From contig CALUYP010000018.1 in the NCBI GenBank assembly GCA_944325055.1, positions 667 through 64,666 of the forward strand: DNA of 64,000 nt, in the 5' to 3' direction. The notes below the pieces were generated by a model. That model did not search any database, was not told the DNA's origin, and saw only the letters and a program-made list of their open reading frames with translations. The translations under genes and the position numbers were made by a program. Positions 52,065 to 62,146 of this stretch are shown in pieces. Each line of letters opens with the position of its first letter. Positions within the stretch are counted from its first letter, which is position 1. The stretch is from an uncultured Elusimicrobiales bacterium (lineage in GTDB: Bacteria > Elusimicrobiota > Elusimicrobia > Elusimicrobiales > Elusimicrobiaceae).

Positions 52065-53750
52065 TTAATCAATCCAGCCTTCCTTCTTGGCGTAATTGAC
52101 TATCCCGTTATAAATGCCTTTCGCCGTTCGGTCCCGCACCGTGCCATTCGCCAGCCGGGCGCGGTCTTTATTGCTGCTGATATAACCCATTTCCACCAAA
52201 ATAGCCGGACTGTTGACACCCTTTAACACATAGAAATTGGCCTGCCGAACGCTGGTATTCTGGTTGACCGCAATGCCAATTCCCGGTTGCTTGTAAACGG
52301 CATTTCGCACATAGCCGGCCAGTTTGGAACTTTCGTTGATGTATTCGTTCTTGGCCATAGACTGCAACAACGCGTCTACAAAATTATAATGTACCTCTTC
52401 GTACTGCATCGCTTCGTTTTCCAGCGCGGCTACCTCGGCGGCTTCTTTATCAGTCGCTTTTTCCGAACGGAAATAAACTTGAAATCCGTTGGCGTTGCGG
52501 TTTTTGGACGCATTGGTGTGGATAGACACAAACAAATCGGCTTTAAACTGATTGGATTTTTTGGAACGTTCGGATAACGCGATAAACGTATCATCTTCGC
52601 GCGTCATTTTAACTTCAAATCCGCCCTTCTTAAGCAAACGGGCCAATTCTTTGGCGACATCCAAGTTCCAATCTTTTTCCCGATACCGGCTGCGTACCGC
52701 ACCCGGATCTTTTCCACCGTGACCGGGATCTACCATAATACGCATCTTTTTATGCGCGGAACGCACCGCCAGCGGATTGGGTTCCTCTTTCATAACAGGT
52801 GTCGGCTTAGGGGTGGGAGCGGGCTGCGCCTCTTTGATAACGGTCGGCTTGGTTGCCGCGGCTGACATCTCCGGGATATCTCCGTCATCCTCCATCAATA
52901 CGGAAGGTTTTTCGTTGGCCAAGGAAGGCCCTTTAAGGGGTTTCTCTTTCGCCGAATCGGCCGACGGATCCGGCTTTACAACAACCGGGGACGACGCTTC
53001 TAACACAGGGGGCGCTTTTTGCGCGCCCGCGCGGAATACCAACATCCGCCCTTCCATTTCCGTAACGCTCCAATCTTTGGCGTTTTTACCTAAAATCACT
53101 TTTAAAATAGCTTCGCCGTTGCGCCCTTGCCGAACGTCCATAGACGCAATAAAATCCGTACGCGTCTTTAAATGCAAATCACGCTTGAGTACTACATTTT
53201 GGAAGGTTACCCGCACGGTATGTTTATTGGGTTGTTCCGTCCGATAGGAAACTTTCTTGGGAGAAGCAAAAACAAGCAAGGTATCACGCGGGTTCTTTTG
53301 CGTGCCGGAAAACTCCAAATCAAACCGCCGTTCCACGTAAAAAGTACCGTTGTTGAAGGAAATATACTTGTCCACCGCCTGCTGGAACTGCGGCAGGAGA
53401 AAAAACTCCACCGGCGCCATCATTTTGCTGCCGTCAATCCGCACAGGAGCAGACAGCGTCTGCGGCTGGGCATTCACGATAATCTCCGCCAGCGGCGCGG
53501 TAAGAATCGCGTAAAACCCTTTGGAGGAAATTTTGGCTTGTTTGGATTGGGCAAAAAGTTCTATCCCCGTACCCAGCTTGCGGGCCGTTTTCTGCACGTC
53601 AACATAAGTAACGCCGTTTGCCTCCATGGCGGAGACCGATCCTTTATCCCGGCCGGAAACGATAAAATTCACCTTCTCCAGCGCGTGTCCCGCCCCGGCA
53701 AGCGACAAACATAATAAGCCCGATAAGAAAAGTCTGTACAAACGTTTCAT
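52065..53750 (-). CDS. N-acetylmuramoyl-L-alanine amidase (Amidase_3, AmiC-like) with N-terminal stalk/AMIN-like domains
   Basis: Signal peptide MKRLYRLFLSGLLCLSLAGAGHA. A Pro/Lys-rich linker is present. Catalytic blocks are IMVDPGHGGKDPGA, DLFVSIHTNA and VEMGYISS. The start was trimmed to ATG 53750. Confidence 0.85.
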   Translation of the reverse strand: MKRLYRLFLSGLLCLSLAGAGHALEKVNFIVSGRDKGSVSAMEANGVTYVDVQKTARKLGTGIELFAQSKQAKISSKGFYAILTAPLAEIIVNAQPQTLSAPVRIDGSKMMAPVEFFLLPQFQQAVDKYISFNNGTFYVERRFDLEFSGTQKNPRDTLLVFASPKKVSYRTEQPNKHTVRVTFQNVVLKRDLHLKTRTDFIASMDVRQGRNGEAILKVILGKNAKDWSVTEMEGRMLVFRAGAQKAPPVLEASSPVVVKPDPSADSAKEKPLKGPSLANEKPSVLMEDDGDIPEMSAAATKPTVIKEAQPAPTPKPTPVMKEEPNPLAVRSAHKKMRIMVDPGHGGKDPGAVRSRYREKDWNLDVAKELARLLKKGGFEVKMTREDDTFIALSERSKKSNQFKADLFVSIHTNASKNRNANGFQVYFRSEKATDKEAAEVAALENEAMQYEEVHYNFVDALLQSMAKNEYINESSKLAGYVRNAVYKQPGIGIAVNQNTSVRQANFYVLKGVNSPAILVEMGYISSNKDRARLANGTVRDRTAKGIYNGIVNYAKKEGWID

Positions 53751-53790
53751 AAACAAGTCAGTCATTCCGTCCGCAGCCGAACGACATCGG

Positions 53791-55245
53791 TTATTCCAAG
53801 ACGATTTTATAATCTTCCCAAGCCAGTTGCGGATCGGCCTGGATTTTAAGCGTGCGGTGGATATTCTGTTCAATGTCTTCCTGACGCGCTTTGATGGCTT
53901 CCGCCAGTACGGGATGCAAGACCACCCGCAAATTGCCTCCGGGCCGCCCGCTGGTAAGATCATAAATTTCCCGCTGAATTTTAATGCGCATACTCTCGGA
54001 GGAAAGTACCCGTCCCGATCCGTGGCACTGCGGACATTCTTCGCTGATAAAACTGCCGGTGCTGGCGCGTTTGCGCTCGCGCGTCATTTCCACCAATCCC
54101 AACCGCGTAATGGGCAAAATCCGGATTTTTGCGCGGTCTCCGTGGACCGCCTGCGCCAACGCTTCCACCACCCGGTGGCGGCTGGAGGCTTTGCGCATAT
54201 CAATAAAATCAATGACGATAATCCCCCCAATGTTGCGCAGGCGCAGCTGGTGAGCGATTTCGTTGGCGGCTTCAATGTTGGTCTGCGTGACGGTTTCTTC
54301 CTGCGATTTATTGCCGGTAAATTTGCCGGTGTTTACATCAATTGCGCAAAGGGATTCGGCCTCTTGGATGATAATGCTTCCGCCGTTGGGCAAAGGAAGT
54401 TTCGTCTTGCGCAAGTTATCAATTTCCGCTTCGATATTATACGCTTCAAAAATGGGCGTTTTGCCTTTATAAAGTTTCACCCGGTCCGCCAAATCAGGTG
54501 AGTTTTTCTCTACAAAATCCAATACGCGTTCATAGTCTTTTTTGCTGTCCAACAGGTAGACTTTGGCATTTTCAGAAAGTACATCGCGCGCCACCTGCAA
54601 AACGGCGTCCATATCTTCGTGCAATAGTTTCGGAGCCCGGGCGGTTTCAAACTTCTTCATAATAGACTGCCATTGGCGGTACAAGTATTTGACTTCCCGC
54701 TCCAATTCTTCTTTAGTGGCCTCTTCCGCTTCCGTACGCACAATGCAGCCCATTCCATCTAAGTGTTTGGCGGCCAATTCCTGCATAATTTCATTTAATT
54801 TATGCCGCGCTTCCGAGTCTTCAATATTCTTCGAAACTCCTACAAAACTTTGATGCGGCGTAAGCACCAAATAACGGCCCGGCAGCGTCACATCCATCGT
54901 CACCTTCATTCCTTTGGTGCTGATAGCGTCTTTTACCACCTGCACCATCACTTCCTGACCTTTGTGAAGCACTTTATCTATGTTTTTCTTATCGCCGCCC
55001 AATACATCTGAAATGTACAAATAGGCGTTTTTTTCATATCCGATATTTAAAAACGCACTGGAGATCCCAGGCAAAACGTTCTCCACAACGCCCTTATAAA
55101 TATTCCCCACAATATTCAGGGCACCGCGGCGTTCCCAAATCAATTCATTCACGCGTTCATCTTCCAAAATAGCAATGCGTGTTTCTTCAAAAGAAGTATT
55201 GACTAATACTTCCACTGTAGGTTGTTCTTCCAAGTTTTTACTCAT
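53791..55245 (-). CDS. rng: Ribonuclease G/E family endoribonuclease (Rng/CafA-like)
   Basis: S1 domain NIYKGVVENVLPGISSAFLNIGYEKNAYL, catalytic core DVNTGKF...IGGIIVIDFIDM, and a Zn-link CPQCHGSG. Confidence 0.88.
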   Translation of the reverse strand: MSKNLEEQPTVEVLVNTSFEETRIAILEDERVNELIWERRGALNIVGNIYKGVVENVLPGISSAFLNIGYEKNAYLYISDVLGGDKKNIDKVLHKGQEVMVQVVKDAISTKGMKVTMDVTLPGRYLVLTPHQSFVGVSKNIEDSEARHKLNEIMQELAAKHLDGMGCIVRTEAEEATKEELEREVKYLYRQWQSIMKKFETARAPKLLHEDMDAVLQVARDVLSENAKVYLLDSKKDYERVLDFVEKNSPDLADRVKLYKGKTPIFEAYNIEAEIDNLRKTKLPLPNGGSIIIQEAESLCAIDVNTGKFTGNKSQEETVTQTNIEAANEIAHQLRLRNIGGIIVIDFIDMRKASSRHRVVEALAQAVHGDRAKIRILPITRLGLVEMTRERKRASTGSFISEECPQCHGSGRVLSSESMRIKIQREIYDLTSGRPGGNLRVVLHPVLAEAIKARQEDIEQNIHRTLKIQADPQLAWEDYKIVLE

Positions 55246-55276
55246 AATTCAAATCCTCTCTCCCCTTGCGGGGTTA

Positions 55277-55945
55277 TTAAATCAAATGAAGCGCTCCGGC
55301 GCTGTCCTGCCAAAAAAGCCCTTCCCTTATAAATGTGAAACCTTCCACCGTAAACCCCTCGTCCTCCAGCGGAACGTTCATTCCCAACCAAGCGGACAAG
55401 GCTATCTGCGGCTTCATCCATTTGCCTTCCACACATGTCAACGTTAAACGCAAAGCACGCGGAGAAAGGGTTTGCACCCCAAACACATACGGTTTAATAT
55501 TTACCGTTATCGTCAATCCGCTTTCTGCTTGACGCACTAACTCAATGCGGTCAGCATTAAAAAATGCTTCCGGTGTTTCTTCCGGACGGTACTGCGTAAA
55601 GTCGCCCTCTATCCGATATTGGGCAACCGATGCCAAACTTTGCACAGAAGGCAAGGTATAGGGAACACGCTGTACGCTTAACAGCTGTATATACGGCGGT
55701 TTAACCCGTTGCAACGCCTCCTGCACTTGGGCTGCGCAAACCGGCTGCGTAAGATAAATATCCAAATACTCTCTTTCGGCTATCTGTCCAAAAGCCGGAG
55801 CCGGACCATACGCCAAACGCGGCCAGTTTTTATTCATCTTGGCCGGTTCAAAAGCCAGTCCGCTGGCAAGCACCATATTGCGTACTGCATTAAAAATGTT
55901 GCTGTTTGCCGTTCCTTCTTCCGAACCGCGAAACACTATACGCAT
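55277..55945 (-). CDS. DUF2344 / TIGR03936-type 'radical SAM-associated' protein
   Basis: MRIVFRGSEEG...NWPRLAYGPAPAFGQIAEREYLDIYL resembles the family pattern MKIRxKFxK...FNPxPKxSFxxxLxxGxxSxxEYxDI. An alternative start lies at 55972, and the ORF-track start at 55999 overlaps rodA. Confidence 0.6.
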   Translation of the reverse strand: MRIVFRGSEEGTANSNIFNAVRNMVLASGLAFEPAKMNKNWPRLAYGPAPAFGQIAEREYLDIYLTQPVCAAQVQEALQRVKPPYIQLLSVQRVPYTLPSVQSLASVAQYRIEGDFTQYRPEETPEAFFNADRIELVRQAESGLTITVNIKPYVFGVQTLSPRALRLTLTCVEGKWMKPQIALSAWLGMNVPLEDEGFTVEGFTFIREGLFWQDSAGALHLI

Positions 55946-55976
55946 TTTATAAATTTTTGGCGTGTTTATCATCTTT

Positions 55977-57320
55977 TTATGCCCGTATGCGGCGCGCATA
56001 CACGGATTGCACCACTCCCAATGCCCATAGACTGGCCACCAGATTGGACCCCCCGTAAGAAATAAACGGAAGCGGAATCCCCGCTACCGGCACAATCCCA
56101 ATCAACATTCCAAAATTGACCAACATATATGTAAAAAACATCCCAAATATGCCTGAACAGACCAGATATCCATACCGATCGCTGGCGCTGTATCCCACCA
56201 CAATAATCCGCCACAGAATCAGCAAATAAAGTCCCAATACCAGCAAAGTGCCCCACAGCCCCAGTTCCTCTCCTACTACCGCTAAAATAAAATCGGTATG
56301 TTTTTCCGGAACAAAACCCAACCGCGACTGTGTTCCGGAAAAAAGACCGCTTCCCAAAACACCGCCGGCCCCCATCGCAATCTGTGCTTGAAGCACATTA
56401 TAACCCGCTCCTTGCGGATCGGAACGGGGCGCCAAAAACGTTTCTACCCTTTTCCGTTGATGCGGTTTCATTTGCTGGTCAACAAAAATCCCGCCCAACA
56501 GGCCCGCCAACACCACCAGCGTGGCTAATACGAAATAAAAAGACGGCAAAAAAATACGCAGTTGTTTAAAAAGCCACCATGCGCCATATCCGCCCAATAT
56601 CACCAAAACGGAAAATCCCAACATATACCACGGACTGTGAGCCAGTTGGTAGAACGCATTTATAAACCAATAATCCGTCAATTCCGGATGCAGGTAAATA
56701 AAAGTCCAACCCACCGTAAAAAGACCCGCTACCCCTGCAAATAAACCAATCAACCCCAGATAAAAGACATTGATACCCGTGCAAAAAAGTAAAACCAATA
56801 TGGCTGGAAAAGTTACCACAACCGAAGAAAAATCCGGCTGCATCATAATCAACCCAAATATAGGCGCCAACAATAATCCCAACCCAAACAAAGTGGAAAC
56901 ATCCCGTATCCGCCGGCCGCTCCGGTCCAAAAAAGCCGCCGCCACCAAAATCGTACAAACGCGGCAAATTTCAGAGGGCTGCATGGAGAAAAACGGCAAC
57001 ACAAACCACGAACGCGAGCCGCGCTGATAAGAACCAAACAACAATACGCCTATCAGCAACGCTAAAATAAAACCATACAGAAACTTCCATTGCTCATCAA
57101 AAATCTGATAGTTAAAACTCCATCCAATGAAAAATGCCAACGCCCCTATCGGCAACGCCACCAGATGCGTCCTTACCACGGGATTGGAGAAAGACAAGCT
57201 ATTGACCGCCGACATAATACACAACGCTCCCAACAATACCAGCGCAATCATCGCTCCAAAAAGAATATAATCCAACCGGCTTCTTCCGGAAGGCTGGGAA
57301 AAATTCCTAAAAGACGCCAT
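55977..57320 (-). CDS. rodA: SEDS peptidoglycan polymerase RodA (FtsW/RodA/SpoVE family)
   Basis: A 10-TM SEDS pattern with the C-terminal block GIPLPFISYGGSN. It lies immediately downstream of PBP2, and its start overlaps the mrdA 3' end. Confidence 0.85.
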   Translation of the reverse strand: MASFRNFSQPSGRSRLDYILFGAMIALVLLGALCIMSAVNSLSFSNPVVRTHLVALPIGALAFFIGWSFNYQIFDEQWKFLYGFILALLIGVLLFGSYQRGSRSWFVLPFFSMQPSEICRVCTILVAAAFLDRSGRRIRDVSTLFGLGLLLAPIFGLIMMQPDFSSVVVTFPAILVLLFCTGINVFYLGLIGLFAGVAGLFTVGWTFIYLHPELTDYWFINAFYQLAHSPWYMLGFSVLVILGGYGAWWLFKQLRIFLPSFYFVLATLVVLAGLLGGIFVDQQMKPHQRKRVETFLAPRSDPQGAGYNVLQAQIAMGAGGVLGSGLFSGTQSRLGFVPEKHTDFILAVVGEELGLWGTLLVLGLYLLILWRIIVVGYSASDRYGYLVCSGIFGMFFTYMLVNFGMLIGIVPVAGIPLPFISYGGSNLVASLWALGVVQSVYARRIRA

Positions 57321-59163
57321 CTTCTTCCTCCGATAACAATTCTTCAAATTCGGCGCCCGTCTGTTCAGGCTTCTCCTCAGCCATAGCAGCAGCCGGCATC
57401 GGCTTTTCTATTCCGAAATAGGCCTCAAGCATGGAACGCGCAATCGGCCCGGCAGCGGAACTTCCCCCTTCTCCATATTCCACAAACACCGCCAACGCAA
57501 TGGAAGGCTCCTCTCCTTCCCGCCCGGCAAAAGCCATAAACCAGCCATGATCAGCCCCGTGTGGATTTTGGGCGGTGCCGGTTTTTCCATATACATCTAA
57601 TCCCTTGATGCGCACCCGGGCAGCCGTGCCGTGGTCTACGGTATATTTTAACGCTTTAAAAAGTACATCATAAGTTTGCGGCTTTAAATCGGATTTTTGC
57701 AAGATCTCCGTTTTCCCCAATATTTCGGTTTTTCCCGTTTGGTTACTGACTATTTTATCTACATAATATGGCCGGTATACATTTCCCCGGCTGGCTATCG
57801 CCGCGGCAAACTGCGCCAGTTTAAGCGGCGTAACCAACAGTTCTCCCTGCCCGATAGACAGGTTTAACGTATCGCCGATAAACCAATACGTCTTATTGCG
57901 GGCGCGCCGGGTAGGGCCATAGAGATTTCCCGCTTTTTCCCCCGGCAAATCGATTCCAGTCTGACGCCCAAACATAAATTTACGTTGTATGCGTTCAATC
58001 GCAGCGGCCCCGGTTTGTGCGGCTATTTGGTAAAAATAGACGTCACACGAATTAGCCATTCCGTCAAACAAATCAACCGGTCCATGTGTTCCCCAGCATT
58101 TAAATACCCGCGGACCGGAATCATAATGTCCCGGACAATTAATTTTATGATTTATATTTAAATGTCCGTATTCCAATGCGGCGGCCGCCGTAATCACCTT
58201 AAAAGTGGAAGCCGGCGGATAAGTGCCTTGAACGGCCAGATTGTATTCATTAATTTTTTTCGATTTTTTGGGATTTTCTTCGTCGCTGTACTGAACAAAA
58301 ATATTCGGATCGTACGCCGGTGCGCTTGCCAAGGCCAATATAGCTCCCGTCCGCGGATCCAACGCTACCGCGGCGCCCCGTCCGGTTTTAGAGTTTCTTA
58401 ACCCTTCTTCCGCCGCCTGCTGGAGCTTAAAATCAAGCGTCAAATAAACATCACTCCCCGCCGCCCATTTCTTATCTTGAATAATGCTTTTTACGCGTCC
58501 CCGGTAATCCACTTCCAAATATACGCCGCCATCGCTTCCTTTCAATTCTTTTTCAAATTTTTTTTCAATACCGTTTTTACCGATTTTTGAATTTAGCCGA
58601 TACCCCATCCTCACATCACGGCTGCGCCATTCTCGGTCGTCCATACTCCCAATATATCCTAACAGATGACTGGCAAACCCCCCGTATGGATAGGTACGTT
58701 TCGTTTCTTCTATCAAATACACCCCGGGATAATATAATTGTAATTCTTGAAGGGCCACCGTACTTTTCGTAGATAAATTTTCTGCCAGCAAAATGGCTTT
58801 TCCCGTCTTAACGCCTTTTTGCAGCTTAGACAAAATTTCTTTCGGATCCATCTTTAACTGCGGAGCAAAATCACGCGCAAGCTGTTCTAAATAAGCCGGA
58901 TCATTATTCCCGGCCCCCAAGTAATAAAAACTGAAAGAAGGCGCGTTGGTGGCAACCGCCACCCCATCCGCCGTAAACACCCGCCCACGCGGAGCAGTTT
59001 GATAAATCACCTGGGTGCGGTTCCGTTCCGCCATTTCAAGATAAGATTGATGTCGCAATACTTGAATATCTACCAACCGGATTGCAATTATTCCTCCGGC
59101 TATGGCTGCCAACACCATCATTATTTTTAAGCGTGTATTAAAAAAAATCTTGGTAACGGACAT
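57307..59163 (-). CDS. mrdA: Penicillin-binding protein 2 (elongasome transpeptidase)
   Basis: N-terminal TM, then the PBP dimerisation domain. Transpeptidase motifs are STFK (PPASTFKV), SxN (NSCD region) and KTGTA. It ends with TAG. Confidence 0.88.
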   Translation of the reverse strand: MSVTKIFFNTRLKIMMVLAAIAGGIIAIRLVDIQVLRHQSYLEMAERNRTQVIYQTAPRGRVFTADGVAVATNAPSFSFYYLGAGNNDPAYLEQLARDFAPQLKMDPKEILSKLQKGVKTGKAILLAENLSTKSTVALQELQLYYPGVYLIEETKRTYPYGGFASHLLGYIGSMDDREWRSRDVRMGYRLNSKIGKNGIEKKFEKELKGSDGGVYLEVDYRGRVKSIIQDKKWAAGSDVYLTLDFKLQQAAEEGLRNSKTGRGAAVALDPRTGAILALASAPAYDPNIFVQYSDEENPKKSKKINEYNLAVQGTYPPASTFKVITAAAALEYGHLNINHKINCPGHYDSGPRVFKCWGTHGPVDLFDGMANSCDVYFYQIAAQTGAAAIERIQRKFMFGRQTGIDLPGEKAGNLYGPTRRARNKTYWFIGDTLNLSIGQGELLVTPLKLAQFAAAIASRGNVYRPYYVDKIVSNQTGKTEILGKTEILQKSDLKPQTYDVLFKALKYTVDHGTAARVRIKGLDVYGKTGTAQNPHGADHGWFMAFAGREGEEPSIALAVFVEYGEGGSSAAGPIARSMLEAYFGIEKPMPAAAMAEEKPEQTGAEFEELLSEEEDGVF

Positions 59164-59175
59164 CTTCCTCTCCGG

Positions 59176-59670
59176 TTACACTTGCCGGCATACCGCTCCC
59201 TTGCCCAATATCCGGCGCACCAACCAAAATACGGCCGGCGCTAATATTCCGCTGACAAACGCCCCCCCTAACAGACTCCAAAATCCAGGCCACATCGCAG
59301 CGGATGTAAACCACAAATAAAGTAAACTGTTTAACAATCCCGCCAACAGCGTCAAACCAAACCCCGCCACTATCTGCGGAAAAAACGCCTCGAAATCAAA
59401 TCGGTCCGCCAAATGATAAACGATACAAGCGCAAATTGTAAAAGTAAAAGCATTGTTCCCAAATAACCGTGTCCCGAAAAAATCCAAAAACAACCCGCAG
59501 ACAAACGACGCCGCATACCCAAAACCCGGTTTTAACACCACACAAAACGCTACGGCAAACACCAATAAAATATTTACGCTTAAATCCCAGCACGAGAAAA
59601 TGGACGCAAACGCCCAATGAAAAACAGTCGCCAATATAAATAAAAAAATGAGTTTTACCAGACTCCACAT
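59176..59670 (-). CDS. mreD: Rod shape-determining protein MreD
   Basis: A small protein of about 5 TM with GLFLDFF. ATG 59670 lies one nt after the mreC stop codon (59672-59674). Confidence 0.75.
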   Translation of the reverse strand: MWSLVKLIFLFILATVFHWAFASIFSCWDLSVNILLVFAVAFCVVLKPGFGYAASFVCGLFLDFFGTRLFGNNAFTFTICACIVYHLADRFDFEAFFPQIVAGFGLTLLAGLLNSLLYLWFTSAAMWPGFWSLLGGAFVSGILAPAVFWLVRRILGKGAVCRQV

Positions 59671-59671
59671 C

Positions 59672-60532
59672 TTATTTGACTCTCCCCCCATCCAAAATAA
59701 CAAATACTTCTTTTACAGCAGCGGAATGCACCAACGGATCCACATTAACGGTCAATGCCGTTTGAAAACTTTCATCCTCCCGCACCCCGCTTACTTCCCC
59801 CACCAAAATACCTGCCGGGAAAATACTGCTGGTTGAAGCTGTAAATACTTTATCCCCCTTTTTCACCTTTGCCAATAATGGAATGTATTTAATACGAACC
59901 GGTCTGGGACCATTCCCCACCAACAACCCCTCTTCCTGCCCCCGCTCCAAATAAACAGCCGCAGAAAAATCTTCATCCCGCACGAGCAAAACCTTAGACG
60001 TATTCTCCGTCACTTCCAACACCACCCCAGCCAATCCTTCTTTTCCTTCTTCCATCGAAATGACGGCGCTGCGCTCCCGAATACCGTCCCGGCTTCCTTT
60101 ATCAATAATCACGGTATTCCACTGAGTAGGCTCCCGATATGCTACCTTTGCCCATACGCCTACCCATCGTTTCGCCGGATTCAAACGCAAAATTTCAGTC
60201 AGGCGACCGTTCTCATCCAAAATCGCTTCCGCTTGGGACGCCAATAACTTCGTCATTTCTATTTCTTGCTTAAGCGCACGGTTTTCACGGTGTGCGTCCA
60301 ACAATTCCCGAACGGTTTGATATACGTTTTCGGCATATTTAGCCGTACTATGCGCCAAACGAACTTGCGGAATAAACACATACGCCAACACCGCTTTTAC
60401 GGAAGAAACGAATCCTTCCAGCGGTAAAATCATCAATAAAAAAGAAAGCAACAAAAATACCACCGGCAACAGAAAACGCTGCCGCAATTTAGGAGTACTA
60501 TTCTTTTTAGAAGATTTTTTATGAGATAACAT
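59672..60532 (-). CDS. mreC: Rod shape-determining protein MreC
   Basis: N-terminal TM, a coiled-coil (ENRALKQEIEMTKLL), and beta-barrel blocks GDKVFTASTSSIFPAGILVGEV. An AGAGG SD is present. Confidence 0.85.
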   Translation of the reverse strand: MLSHKKSSKKNSTPKLRQRFLLPVVFLLLSFLLMILPLEGFVSSVKAVLAYVFIPQVRLAHSTAKYAENVYQTVRELLDAHRENRALKQEIEMTKLLASQAEAILDENGRLTEILRLNPAKRWVGVWAKVAYREPTQWNTVIIDKGSRDGIRERSAVISMEEGKEGLAGVVLEVTENTSKVLLVRDEDFSAAVYLERGQEEGLLVGNGPRPVRIKYIPLLAKVKKGDKVFTASTSSIFPAGILVGEVSGVREDESFQTALTVNVDPLVHSAAVKEVFVILDGGRVK

Positions 60533-60664
60533 AACCTCTGCCGATTTTCTTCGCCATCAAATGTAGCCGCCCCGGTTGAAAAACATACTTTACACTGCTT
60601 TTATACTACCCGAGAAAACGTTTTATAAAAGTATTTCCTGCTTATTTGATGATGCAAAATTTAT

Positions 60665-60710
60665 AAAAACTCAAAAGCGGACACGGTCCCTAAAAAGAAC
60701 TGTGTCCGCC
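60665..60710 (-). terminator. Rho-independent terminator after mreB
   Basis: On the minus strand: GCGGACAC-(18-nt loop)-GTGTCCGC followed by TTTTGAGTTTTT. Confidence 0.6.
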
Positions 60711-60734
60711 TCAAACTTTTTCAGCTCTCTAACG

Positions 60735-61778
60735 CTAGAAAGATTTATTGCGGGAACCGAAGAAACGGGACCCTTTTTCGTTCAACTGTTCCAAAAACTT
60801 ACCCGTACCCAACGCCACGCAACTAAGCGGATCAGCCGCCCGGTGGACCGGAATATCGGTTTCTTTTCGAATCAGTTCCGTAATTCCTCTAAGCAAACTT
60901 CCGCCTCCGGCTACCACTAACCCTCTGTCTACCAGGTCAGCAGCCAACTCGGGCGGAGTTTCCTCCAGCGTACTCTTGATCACGTCTATAATCAAACGCA
61001 CCGGTTCCATAAGGGCTTGTCGGATTTCTTCTGAAGTTACCGTCAACGTCCGGGGCAATCCTTGCGTCTGGTCGCGCCCTTTTACTTCCATAGACTTTTC
61101 TTCTTTCAAAGGATAGACGGAACCTAAATTGATCTTCACTTCTTCAGCGGTCGTCTCGCCGATAATCAAATTGTATTTCTTGCGGAAATACTGCACGATA
61201 CATTCGGTCAATTCATCGCCGGCCACGTCAATGGATTTCGCCACTACCATTCCGCCCAGCGAAATGACGGCTACTTCCGTGGTACCTCCGCCGATATCCA
61301 CAATCATACTGGCATGCGGTTCGGCAATCGGCAGATCGGCGCCCATGGCCGAAGCCATGCGCTCCTCTCTCAAATAGACCTCGCGCGCACCCGCCTGACG
61401 GGCCGCATCATCTACCGCGCGTCTTTCCACGCCGGTAATATCCGAGGGAATGCCAATTACAATACGAGGACGTAATAGACTGCTTCTGCTGTGGACTTTG
61501 CGGATAAAGTAGCGAATCATTTCCTGCGTTACTTCAAAATCCGCGATGACGCCGTTTTTCATCGGCCGCACCGCCACAATGTTGGCCGGAGTTCTGCCCA
61601 GCATCTGCTTGGCTTTTGCTCCGACGGCCTTTACTTCGCCGGTTTCTCTTTCTACGGCGACTACGGACGGCTCCCGCAGCACGATGCCTTTGTCTTTTAC
61701 ATAAATCAGACAGTTGGCCGTACCCAGATCCATCCCTAAGTCAGAAGAAAAAAGGCCTCCCAGATAGTCTATTACCAT
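60735..61778 (-). CDS. mreB: Rod shape-determining actin homologue MreB
   Basis: [34 protein letters not shown] and [11 protein letters not shown]. Confidence 0.93.
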   Translation of the reverse strand: MVIDYLGGLFSSDLGMDLGTANCLIYVKDKGIVLREPSVVAVERETGEVKAVGAKAKQMLGRTPANIVAVRPMKNGVIADFEVTQEMIRYFIRKVHSRSSLLRPRIVIGIPSDITGVERRAVDDAARQAGAREVYLREERMASAMGADLPIAEPHASMIVDIGGGTTEVAVISLGGMVVAKSIDVAGDELTECIVQYFRKKYNLIIGETTAEEVKINLGSVYPLKEEKSMEVKGRDQTQGLPRTLTVTSEEIRQALMEPVRLIIDVIKSTLEETPPELAADLVDRGLVVAGGGSLLRGITELIRKETDIPVHRAADPLSCVALGTGKFLEQLNEKGSRFFGSRNKSF

Positions 61779-61786
61779 ATCGTCCC

Positions 61787-62131
61787 CTATTCAACCAGTT
61801 TTACAATCGCTACTTGAGCGTTGTCGCCTTGGCGCAGACCCGCGCGGTAAATGCGGCAGAATCCGCCGGCGCGGTTGGCATAGCGGGCAGCCAACACTTC
61901 AAACAATTTCTTCACGGCCGCGGCATCTTTCAAGGTGTCTTTGGCGGCGCGTTCGTTGTTGGCTTTAGCCAGGGTAATTAACCCTTCCACTACGCGTCTG
62001 ACTTCTTTGGCTTTCGGCAAGGTGGTCTTTACTTCTTCGTGAAGAATAATGCTCGTCGCCATATTATTGAGCATCGCTTTGCGGTGGGACGCAGTCTTGC
62101 CAAGTTTTCTGTATCCGGTATTTTTAATCAT
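61787..62131 (-). CDS. rplQ: 50S ribosomal protein L17
   Basis: [23 protein letters not shown]..., 114 aa, downstream of rpoA. It ends with TAG. Confidence 0.93.
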   Translation of the reverse strand: MIKNTGYRKLGKTASHRKAMLNNMATSIILHEEVKTTLPKAKEVRRVVEGLITLAKANNERAAKDTLKDAAAVKKLFEVLAARYANRAGGFCRIYRAGLRQGDNAQVAIVKLVE

Positions 62132-62146
62132 ACTAAAACTTACTCC

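Noticed and set aside
52065-53963. Long N-terminal extensions given by the ORF track. Examples are the amidase from 53963, GH3-like from 15256, gcvPB from 46361, korB from 37598, mreD from 59703 and nfnA from 12247.
   Set aside because: The extensions overlap the upstream genes and lack homology. Internal ATG or GTG codons sit right after the upstream stop or behind an SD, and they restore the canonical N-termini or signal peptides.
53626-54501. 291-aa plus-strand ORF
   Set aside because: It is antisense to the well-supported rng and amidase genes. Its composition is Arg/Phe/Gly-rich, typical of reverse-frame translation, and it has no motifs.
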